NCBI GenBank assembly: GCA_027452085.1 | Contig: DAIDHG010000012.1 | Coordinates: 1 to 22,798, forward strand | Source of the DNA: a bacterium | Lineage (GTDB): Bacteria > Babelota > Babeliae > Babelales > JABCYS01 | Length of the DNA: 22,798 nt | Direction of reading: 5' to 3' | Shown here: positions 1 to 7,584 of the stretch, piece after piece | Position numbering within the stretch: position 1 is the first letter of the stretch | How the letters are laid out: every line of letters begins with the position of its first letter | Position numbers and translations under genes: made by a program | Notes under the pieces: generated by a model | Told to the model about the DNA's origin: nothing | What the model saw: only the letters and a program-made list of their open reading frames with translations | The model's database searches: none

Positions 1-520
1 CGAGATCTACAGTATGCGCAACCAGCGGTCGAATTTCAGCATCTTTAATTTCGGCTTTGCCCGCAAAAAAGAAATGAATAAAAACGGCACGTATATTTGT
101 TTCAATAAATAGAGTTGGCTTATTAAACGCAAAGGCACAAATAGATGCTGCGGTGTTGGGCCCGATGCCAGGAAATGTTTCAAGTATTTCAGGATCTGAT
201 GGCAGCTGGCCGTTATATTCGGCAACTATGCGCTGCGCGCTTTGATGCAGCCATAGTGCACGGCGGTTATAGCCAAGGCCTTGCCACAGCGTAAGAACTT
301 CGCGAAAAGATGCTTTTGCCAACATTTGGAAGGTCGGCAATGCTGCAATCCATTGCTTGAACTTTGGTTCAACGCGGTGAGTTTGTGTTTGCTGCAACAT
401 CACTTCAGAAATAAAAATCTGATATGGATCAGTTGTTTGCCGCCAGGTAAAATCGCGCCTATTTGCTCGATGGTAGTCCCAAATCTCTTTTTTAAATGCG
501 GCGATTTTGTTTTTATTCAT
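1..520 (-). CDS. mutY: A/G-specific adenine DNA glycosylase MutY (3' end runs off the window)
   Basis: Manual translation from ATG at 520: MNKNKIAAFKKEIWDYHRANRRDFTWRQTTDPYQIFISEVMLQQT...WQGLGYNRRA...FPGIGPNTAASICAFAF...IETNIRAVF. Contains the SEVMLQQT, WxGLGY and HhH (PGIG) signatures. It is absent from the ORF track because there is no stop in the window. The start overlaps the M16 stop (ATGAATAA). Confidence 0.93.
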   Translation of the reverse strand, partial: MNKNKIAAFKKEIWDYHRANRRDFTWRQTTDPYQIFISEVMLQQTQTHRVEPKFKQWIAALPTFQMLAKASFREVLTLWQGLGYNRRALWLHQSAQRIVAEYNGQLPSDPEILETFPGIGPNTAASICAFAFNKPTLFIETNIRAVFIHFFFAGKAEIKDAEIRPLVAHTVDL

Positions 521-3212
521 TCTTTTTAACAACAGGCATTTCGCTCGTTGGGGTGCCGATGGTTGCTTGCTCTGTGGCAAATGGGGCCCCAGAAATACGG
601 CCAACTTTAAACACTGAGAGTTTATTGTCTTGCAACACACGATTTGCTGCTGCCTTTACCTGATCCAGCGAAATGTGATAAAAATCTTGAATGCGGCGCT
701 CAAAATAATCTGGCGGCAAATTAAAGCGGTCAAGAATCAGAAATGCTAATGCCATGGATCGATTTGTTTCAAAGGCGTCTACCAAAGAATTTAATATCGC
801 ATCACGCGCACTGGCAAATTCATCTTCGGTGATCGTGGATCCAATATCTTCAATAGTGGCACGGATAAGCCGTTCAGCTTCGTCTACGTGTTCACGAGAA
901 ACCATCGTTTTTATATAGACCAAACCTGGCTGCACATCGGCGTGAACGAGCAGCGAACCACCAATAGTATAAAACATACCGGTTTGCTCGCGCAGCTGAA
1001 ATAAACGCGAACTCATTGAGCCAAGCAGACTCCCGGTTAGAATTTGGTCCACAATTAATAATTTATCAAAATCTGGATCGGCTCTGTTTACCGAGAGCCC
1101 AGCAAAGCACAAAACAATCTGATCTCGATTGATCTGGTAATCATATTCATTGCCCTCAGTGCGTTGCAATAACGGAAAGGCCACATCGGGCACTTCTGGC
1201 CCTTGCCAACGCGCTATCGTTTCTAAAAAAATCTGCGGGATATCATACTGACTCAAATCACCCACTAAACAAAGCCGCGCACCGTGCGGACTCATGAAAT
1301 GCTTATACCAAGCAACGAGATCATCTCGTGTGATACTCTTTATTGTTTCTGTGGTGCCAACGCGACTTTTGCTATAAGGGTGACTGCCATATATTTTTCT
1401 TTTTACCAAATCATCTACAAAATCAAATGGGCTATCCCAGTAGGTGCGGATCTCTGCCAAAATCTGTTCACGCACCTTTTCAATCGCGTCAGAATCAAAC
1501 GTGGCGTGCATGACCATCTCTTGCAAAAACTCTAAGCCTTTTTTCAAATCGGCAGCGAGCATGCTGATGGAGATATAGCCGGCTGCTGTGCTCACATCCA
1601 TACCAAATGATTCAAAAGCAATGCCAAGCTCTTGGCCAGGATAATTTTTTGTGCCTTCAAGCAACAGTGCGTTCATAAAATTACTAATGCCTTGCTTGTC
1701 TTGAGGATCATACACATATTGATCTTTGAGCTCGAGAATGAGTTCAATTTTTGGAAGCTCTTGATTGTTGTATACCAAAACACGCAAACCCGTATCCAAG
1801 CCCATAGTTAAATGTTTGGTAAAGTTAAATGGCATTGTTGGCTGAGCAACTACTTGTGGGGCGACGACCGCAGGCTCAAGCGGTGTGGTGCGTTGGCGTT
1901 TGGCCAGCATTTCTTGATCATGGGCATCATCTCTTTCTTGCTGCTCAAACCACGCATCTCGCTCATGCCCAGTAAATGGCAACAAGATGCCCGTGCTTGC
2001 AAACTCTGGCTGCATATAGGTACCAACCAAATCAGTTACTGATTGGTGCACCTTGGCACTATCTTGTTTTAAATAATGAAAGATATATTGCTCATCGCCC
2101 GTGCACAGAAAATATTTGCCGAGCATGAAGGCAATTTTTTGATTACTATCGATGCTTGAAAGGTATGCTGTTTCTGCTTTCTTTTGCGCTCGTTGCATCT
2201 CCTGATTGGTAAAGCCTTTACCAATAGTGCTCATCTCTTCTTTGATAATGCTCACAATGTCATCAATATATGAGGCATTACGCGGCACAAATTCCAAAAA
2301 AAATGCACTTTCCTCAAACAAATCGTATGTCGTTGCATCAACATCAGTGGCCAGTTGCTCTCGGTCAACTAATCGTTGATACAAACGAGATCCAACCCCG
2401 GTGCCCGAAAGCCATGCCAAAACATCCAAATTATAATCATTTCTGGTGCGTGCGCCGGGCATGGTGTAACTTACCAAGCCAACTGGCTGCTGCACTTCTC
2501 GATGCAAGGTAATTAAATGGGGTTTTTTAAAATCGGTTGCCGTTAGATCAAATGGCTTACGCTTGTACGTCCAGTTTGGTGGGATGTGGCCAAAGTATTG
2601 ATTTGCAAGCGTCACCACTTCTGCTGGATCTACATTACCAACCACCACCAGCACGGCATTATTGGGAATATAATGGGTGTGATAAAAATCAAGCAAATCT
2701 TGGCTTGTCATCTGCCATAACTGCTCTTTGTATCCAATAATGGGGTGTTGATAAGGATGCCCTTTGAACGTTTTTTCAAGCAACTGTTCAACCAAAACGC
2801 TTCCGTAATCATCGCGATACAGCTTTAATTCTTGTATTACGGCACGCAATTCTGCATTTAATAAATCTTGCTTGAAGGTGCAATTTTGCATGCAATCAGC
2901 GAGCAGAGGCAATGCTATTGGCCAATGCTGGGTGGGAAAATCAAATAAGAAACCAGTGTAATCATATGAAGTGAATGCATTGGTTGAACCAGATAATTTG
3001 GCACAAATTTCATTAATATCAGTTTCTGAAAGAGTTGTTGTGCCCTTAAAGACCATATGTTCAATAAGATGTGCGATTCCCTTTTTTCCCTCTGGCTCAT
3101 CTTTTGAGCCAACGTCATACCAGAGCTGAATTGATACTTTTGGGATAAGGTGGTGCGGATGAATAAGCACCGTCAGCCCATTGGGCAGGACATCTTTAAA
3201 AACATAGGCCAT
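513..3212 (-). CDS. M16 family (pitrilysin/PqqL-like) zinc metallopeptidase, fused two-half form
   Basis: HLIEH inverted zinc motif (HxxEH), NAFTS motif and downstream Glu; second half lacks HxxEH. Start placed at ATG 3212 (AGGA upstream) instead of the TTG at 3263. Confidence 0.92.
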   Translation of the reverse strand: MAYVFKDVLPNGLTVLIHPHHLIPKVSIQLWYDVGSKDEPEGKKGIAHLIEHMVFKGTTTLSETDINEICAKLSGSTNAFTSYDYTGFLFDFPTQHWPIALPLLADCMQNCTFKQDLLNAELRAVIQELKLYRDDYGSVLVEQLLEKTFKGHPYQHPIIGYKEQLWQMTSQDLLDFYHTHYIPNNAVLVVVGNVDPAEVVTLANQYFGHIPPNWTYKRKPFDLTATDFKKPHLITLHREVQQPVGLVSYTMPGARTRNDYNLDVLAWLSGTGVGSRLYQRLVDREQLATDVDATTYDLFEESAFFLEFVPRNASYIDDIVSIIKEEMSTIGKGFTNQEMQRAQKKAETAYLSSIDSNQKIAFMLGKYFLCTGDEQYIFHYLKQDSAKVHQSVTDLVGTYMQPEFASTGILLPFTGHERDAWFEQQERDDAHDQEMLAKRQRTTPLEPAVVAPQVVAQPTMPFNFTKHLTMGLDTGLRVLVYNNQELPKIELILELKDQYVYDPQDKQGISNFMNALLLEGTKNYPGQELGIAFESFGMDVSTAAGYISISMLAADLKKGLEFLQEMVMHATFDSDAIEKVREQILAEIRTYWDSPFDFVDDLVKRKIYGSHPYSKSRVGTTETIKSITRDDLVAWYKHFMSPHGARLCLVGDLSQYDIPQIFLETIARWQGPEVPDVAFPLLQRTEGNEYDYQINRDQIVLCFAGLSVNRADPDFDKLLIVDQILTGSLLGSMSSRLFQLREQTGMFYTIGGSLLVHADVQPGLVYIKTMVSREHVDEAERLIRATIEDIGSTITEDEFASARDAILNSLVDAFETNRSMALAFLILDRFNLPPDYFERRIQDFYHISLDQVKAAANRVLQDNKLSVFKVGRISGAPFATEQATIGTPTSEMPVVKKNE

Positions 3213-3279
3213 ACTATTTTTCCTAACTTGATTTGGGTCGCCCAATTCTTTTGAGAAACCCAATCTTATTCAAAATCAT

Positions 3280-4437
3280 ATGCAGCGCAATATGTCGATT
3301 TTCATTCCTGTGCAAATACATCCACTATTTATTGCCACCCTCGCGCTTATGGCGGGCATTGTTTCTGCTACCGGCATCTATTTGGCTTGGCTCATTGTAC
3401 TGAGCGTTGTTACCATGCTTTCGTTGATCTTTGTTGCAGACCGTTCAGCAATCCCCATAGTTTTTATTTCTTTTGTGCTCGGCGCCCTTTCAGGGCATAT
3501 ACAGTTTAACATCACGCCATTATCACCGCTTGGCGACGCCCCCGGAACGCTCATTGGCACTATCGAAGAAATTCATGATCGCTATACCTTTGCTGCACAG
3601 CAAGAGCTTGTGGTGAGCTTAACTGATCGCCGTATTAAACTTTTGCTCGATACACCAGCGCCCATTTTAATTGGCGATACTATTTCAATCGCCAAGACCC
3701 GCGGTTCGCGCAAGCAATTTGAGAATAGCGGTAACTCGATGATAAGAACAACATATCTGCAAAAAATATTTGGCAAACGGGCGCATCTTTCATTAATTGC
3801 ACGGCCTTCATGGCACGTTGCACGAGAAATCGATTCATTTCATCGCCGGCTATTGAAACATTTGAGCAAAAAACTTGATGATCAAACATTCAAATTTTTT
3901 TGCTTAATGTTTTTGGGGAAATTTGATCAACAACAGCGGTTTGAAGCGGATACTCTGCCTTTAGAAACCAAATTACATTCCGCAGCATTTCAAGGACGTC
4001 ATTGGTTTAATAATTGGGGCATTAGCCATCATTTAGCACGTTCGGGTTTGCATGTAGTTATTGTGATGATTCTGCTGCAAACGTTATTGCATTTGATTCC
4101 TCTGCATTATCTGCTCAAACGGATTATTGTGGGCTGTTATCTGGCGTTATATGCTCTGCTGAGCTGGCCCACGGTATCATTTACGCGGGCTATACTCATG
4201 GTGGCATTGGCATTTGGAGCCGATTTCGCCGCGCGGCCTTATCTTGGCATACATATGGTGACCATGGCGACATATATAGTTTTACTATTTCAGCCCAGCA
4301 ATCTTTTTTACGCTGACTTCCAACTAAGCTTTGGCCTTACGCTTGCTCTTGCATGGGCAAACCATGTAGGCAAACAACGCAAAATCCTTCATACCTGGCA
4401 AACAATTGCACCGCAAGGGCAAAACCATTTAAGGTAA
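3280..4437 (+). CDS. comEC: ComEC/Rec2 family competence protein, short form
   Basis: N-terminal hydrophobic helices, GISHHLARSGLHV (cf. GxxHxxAISGLH), SFTRA (cf. SVxRA) and DFQLSF (cf. SFQLSF). No metallo-beta-lactamase domain. Confidence 0.82.
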   Translation: MQRNMSIFIPVQIHPLFIATLALMAGIVSATGIYLAWLIVLSVVTMLSLIFVADRSAIPIVFISFVLGALSGHIQFNITPLSPLGDAPGTLIGTIEEIHDRYTFAAQQELVVSLTDRRIKLLLDTPAPILIGDTISIAKTRGSRKQFENSGNSMIRTTYLQKIFGKRAHLSLIARPSWHVAREIDSFHRRLLKHLSKKLDDQTFKFFCLMFLGKFDQQQRFEADTLPLETKLHSAAFQGRHWFNNWGISHHLARSGLHVVIVMILLQTLLHLIPLHYLLKRIIVGCYLALYALLSWPTVSFTRAILMVALAFGADFAARPYLGIHMVTMATYIVLLFQPSNLFYADFQLSFGLTLALAWANHVGKQRKILHTWQTIAPQGQNHLR

Positions 4438-4464
4438 AAGGAGATACAACAAAAGGAGTTGGTA

Positions 4465-5889
4465 ATGAGCAACAAATTTCGCGTCTATACACGATTATTA
4501 ATAGGTTCATTGTTTCTTGCACCAGCCGTGCAGGCAAGCCAAGTGCTCGATGATTATCTTTTACAGGAATCTCGCAGCAAACATAAAAACATGGGGAACA
4601 CCCAAGCGCAAACTAAGTCAATGCCAAAAAAGGCATGGACCTTTGGTGTGTACATGGCTGCTCGCAATGACCTACATCCGTTCTCAAAGATAAATATGCG
4701 TCAAATGCTCGAAGTTGGCTCATCAGATTATCTCAATATCGTGGTGAATTGGGATGAGCCGGGAAAGAAGGGAATTCAGCGATTCTACGTTGAAAAAAAT
4801 TCCCCTGAAATCGCTTTCCAAGATCCTAAAGCGCAAAGTAATAGCGGCGACCCACAAAACTTGGTCGATTTTTGCACTTGGATGATCAATACCTATCCCG
4901 CCGATAATTATGCCCTTATTATGTGGGATCATGGCTTGGGTGGTTCAATTGATCCATTTATGCCCCGATACATTGAAACTGCAGAATTATTTGGTTATGG
5001 TTCGATGCCGAGCATGTATGATGTGAGCAAGGGAATTGAAAATCTAACTGAGGCTGATTTTGAAAATATGCCAAATCGCGCCGTTTGCTTTGATGATGCC
5101 TACAAAAGCTACATCAACAACCAGGGTTTAGCTTATGCACTGGCCACCATTGACCAGCAGGTATTGCATGGCAAAAAATGGGGAGTGATTGGATTTGATG
5201 CCTGCCTTTGTGCAGATTTGGGCATGGTTGATATTGTGATGGATTATGCCGAATACATGGTAGCTTCAGAGGATGTAGAGCCGGGAACGGGCGCAAACTA
5301 TAGGCTCATGCTTACTCCTTTGAGCAAGGGGCCCATGGATTCACGTTCTTTTGCCGCGCACATGGCACAAAGCTATGAGCAGGCCTACTATTATCTTTCA
5401 TCAGACTACACGCAATCCGCCTTGGATATGCAAGTTGCGCCGTTGGTTGAGCAGAATTTGCATGAAATTTCATTGCTTCTTATCGAAAGCCTGGAAGCTC
5501 AAAAAGGCCGCACCGTGCGTGATGCAATTGCGGTCAGCTGCAAAACATGTACCGCCTTTGATGATCCAAACTACAAAGACTTAGGGCATCTGTATAGCAA
5601 CCTATTGCAAAATCTCCGCCTATTCCAATTTAATGATGATGCCACTGGGCAAGCATTGAAAAATACCTTAGCTCAAAAGTTAACTGATGGGCTGCTATTG
5701 ATTGACCAGGCGGTTGTCAGCAATAATGTTGGTAAAAACTATAAACAAGCGCGCGGCATTTCAATTTATTGCCCAGTGGCGCGTATTCATAGCTCATTTC
5801 CAAAAACAACGTTTGCCTTGGGCAATGAGCAACGCCCTGGAAATGCGTGGTTGCCATTTATTCGTGCATACCTACAACCAACCGTGTAA
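4465..5889 (+). CDS. Secreted clostripain-like cysteine peptidase (family C11)
   Basis: WTFGVYMAARNDL N-terminal motif, catalytic His in MWDHG, catalytic Cys in GFDACL, ASED motif. Signal-peptide-like N-terminus ending AVQA. AAGGAG lies upstream of ATG 4465. Confidence 0.88.
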   Translation: MSNKFRVYTRLLIGSLFLAPAVQASQVLDDYLLQESRSKHKNMGNTQAQTKSMPKKAWTFGVYMAARNDLHPFSKINMRQMLEVGSSDYLNIVVNWDEPGKKGIQRFYVEKNSPEIAFQDPKAQSNSGDPQNLVDFCTWMINTYPADNYALIMWDHGLGGSIDPFMPRYIETAELFGYGSMPSMYDVSKGIENLTEADFENMPNRAVCFDDAYKSYINNQGLAYALATIDQQVLHGKKWGVIGFDACLCADLGMVDIVMDYAEYMVASEDVEPGTGANYRLMLTPLSKGPMDSRSFAAHMAQSYEQAYYYLSSDYTQSALDMQVAPLVEQNLHEISLLLIESLEAQKGRTVRDAIAVSCKTCTAFDDPNYKDLGHLYSNLLQNLRLFQFNDDATGQALKNTLAQKLTDGLLLIDQAVVSNNVGKNYKQARGISIYCPVARIHSSFPKTTFALGNEQRPGNAWLPFIRAYLQPTV

Positions 5890-5904
5890 TAAAAAGCACG
5901 AAGT

Positions 5905-5934
5905 TTGCGAATTCATTTTGAGGCCTGTTATACT
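5905..5934 (+). promoter_or_regulatory. Putative sigma70 promoter for udg
   Basis: TTGCGA (5905-5910), 18-bp spacer, extended -10 TGtTATACT (TATACT 5929-5934); ATG follows 6 nt later. Confidence 0.6.
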
Positions 5935-5940
5935 TTTGCT

Positions 5941-6519
5941 ATGGAATCAAAAGCTTTCAAACAACACCTTCTTCAAGAGCTCTACGCCCCCTTCAAAAAC
6001 TGTACGCAGTGTCCGCTTGGCACACTCGGCAGAACAAATATTGTGTGGGGCGAGGGAGATCCTGACGCGAGCCTCATGTTGATCGGAGAAGGCCCTGGAG
6101 CCGATGAAGATGCGCAGGGCAGGCCATTTGTCGGCAGATCAGGAAAATTGCTTACAAAAACAATCGAAGGGCTAGGCATTAAAAGAGAAGAGGTGTTTAT
6201 TGCAAACATCGTCAAATGTCGGCCACCTGGCAATCGGGCACCTACAACGCTCGAAAGCTCCATTTGCATGACGCTTTTTTTGTTTAATCAAATCAAGATT
6301 GTACGACCAAAAATCATCTGCACGCTCGGCAATTCGCCACTTCAAGCCCTGCTTGGCGCAGACATGAAAATCACCAAAACTCGCGGCACGGTGCAGGATT
6401 GGCAGGGTTTCAAACTAATTCCTACCTACCACCCGGCATACATTCTTCGCAACCCGCCCGCCCTTAAAACATTTGTGGCCGATCTGGCATTTGTAATCGA
6501 GCAACTCGCCGCAAGCTAA
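5941..6519 (+). CDS. Uracil-DNA glycosylase family 4 (4Fe-4S type)
   Basis: CTQC, GEGPGADED, GRPFVGRSG, NIVKCRPPGNR, later Cys, and TYHPAY motifs. Start placed at ATG 5941. Confidence 0.95.
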   Translation: MESKAFKQHLLQELYAPFKNCTQCPLGTLGRTNIVWGEGDPDASLMLIGEGPGADEDAQGRPFVGRSGKLLTKTIEGLGIKREEVFIANIVKCRPPGNRAPTTLESSICMTLFLFNQIKIVRPKIICTLGNSPLQALLGADMKITKTRGTVQDWQGFKLIPTYHPAYILRNPPALKTFVADLAFVIEQLAAS

Positions 6520-6960
6520 ACCGAACTCAATCTCATCAACAGTTATTTGCATTATGTATGTCGACAGAGATCTGGACAGGTAGTGCACTGTTTTGTCAAC
6601 TTGAAACATGCATCCAGACTGATCCCCGAAGGGGAGGGAAGTTGTCCGTTAACGTTTCACATTAACTTTCTTAAAAAAAAAGTCATTGAAATGCCAAATT
6701 TTTTGGTGTCATTTTTGAGTTGTCCACAGGTATGGGGGTAGCCTACTATTATTATATAAATACTTAGATTATAAAGAGTTAAGTAATAGCAATGCGGATA
6801 AATCCCTTTTCGGGGAGCAATGCTTGAACGGGATGATGTGCAAAGTTTAAGATAATGAACGAGAAGCTAAAAAAGGAATATATAAAGTTAAAACAACTAC
6901 TTTTTGCCTTAGTAATAAGCTTTTTTTGTACACAATTGGGGATGAATTTTCGGCGAAAAC
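6520..6960. other. Candidate replication origin (oriC): DnaA boxes, DnaA-trios and AT-rich unwinding element
   Basis: Non-coding gap. Near-consensus boxes TTGTCCACA (6720-6728), TGCGGATAA (6793-6801), TGTGCAAAG (6837-6845), TTGTACACA (6926-6934); weaker TCATCAACA (6533-6541) and TGGGGATGA (6937-6945). CTA-CTA-TTA-TTA at 6743-6754. 39 of 45 bases are A/T at 6744-6788. Confidence 0.65.
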
Positions 6961-7004
6961 CTATTTTTTTTACGCTTTAAGTGAAAGCAAGATTGGAGAA
7001 AACA

Positions 7005-7417
7005 ATGAAAAATGTTCTTTTGGTGCTTTTGGCCATAATATGTGATGAGCCCAAGCCAGAGTCGGTACCAAATTCGGCAGTTCCTACGCAAGAAGAGCGC
7101 ACGGTAAAGAAACAACAAGCTTCGCGACCTCTTGATATGAGTCAGGTCGTTAAAGCAGTGTGCAATTACTATGGCCTTACACTTGAGGCTTTACGATCTA
7201 AAAGCAAAACACAATACCTAGCCAGGCGCGACAGGTGGCTATGTATTTAGCTAGAAAGCACACCAAACGCCCTTTGTTGGATATTGGGTTTTATCTGAGT
7301 CGCAAAGATCACTCGACGGTTCTGCATGGTATCAACAAAATTAGTTCTCTAATGAACAGCACCCCAGAGTTTGCGGCCGAGGTTGAAGCTATTGAGGCCG
7401 AACTGCTTAATACATAA
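7005..7417 (+). pseudogene. Stand-alone DnaA domain IV (DNA-binding HTH) protein with a 1-nt frameshift near 7221-7225; either a pseudogene or a sequencing error
   Basis: GGAG (6995-6998) then ATG 7005. First frame gives VVKAVCNYYGLTLEALRSKSKTQYLA; the -1 frame continues QARQVAMYLARKHTKRPLLDIGFYLSRKDHSTVLHGINKI. Joined, they match the DnaA C-terminal signature (RQxAMYL...IG...DHxTVLH), about 137 aa. Confidence 0.8.
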
Positions 7418-7428
7418 ACACGTTCCGT

Positions 7429-7456
7429 TTGTTTTTCCCTTATTTCATGCTATATT
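7429..7456 (+). promoter_or_regulatory. Putative promoter of nusA-infB
   Basis: Extended -10 TGcTATATT (7448-7456); TTGTTT at 7429-7434 with a 16-bp spacer. Confidence 0.5.
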
Positions 7457-7464
7457 TCTGCCCT

Positions 7465-7495
7465 GTGGGTGGTCGAAAGACTGCCCATTAATTTT
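7465..7495 (+). promoter_or_regulatory. rimP-leader-like hairpin (GNRA loop) upstream of nusA
   Basis: Stem TGGGTGGTC (7466-7474) / GACTGCCCA (7479-7487), GAAA tetraloop, followed by TTAATTTT. Position and GGG...CCC form fit the leader known from rimP-nusA-infB operons. Confidence 0.65.
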
Positions 7496-7584
7496 ACAAG
7501 GCAAGCACATCCGCCTCCCGCCTTGCATGAATCAATATTCCTTTCATCAACATGAGCTTTGGCGGACATGTCTAAGGGACACCA

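Noticed and set aside
7..529. ORF-track entries 7..225 (-) and 281..529 (+)
   Set aside because: They are off-frame or antisense shadows of the real mutY frame starting at 520.
3941..3993. Imperfect inverted repeat in the long ComEC loop (TTGAA-GCGGA ... TCCGC-AGCAT-TTCAA)
   Set aside because: Two 5-bp arms with a 5-nt bulge are within chance expectation and show no similarity to the recD2 element.
6855..6980. 41-codon ORF (MNEKLKKEYIKLKQLLFALVISFFC...) in frame with the mini-DnaA gene
   Set aside because: No RBS, no resemblance to the DnaA AAA+ domain, overlaps DnaA boxes and ends in TAA. Most likely chance in AT-rich DNA.
7199..7230. Programmed -1 ribosomal frameshift in the mini-DnaA gene
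   Set aside because: Only A4 runs are present, with no X-XXY-YYZ heptamer or evident stimulatory structure. Homology favours a shift at GCC/AG.
6981..7417. Calling this the canonical dnaA gene
   Set aside because: No domain I, Walker A/B or sensor motifs, and no dnaN downstream.
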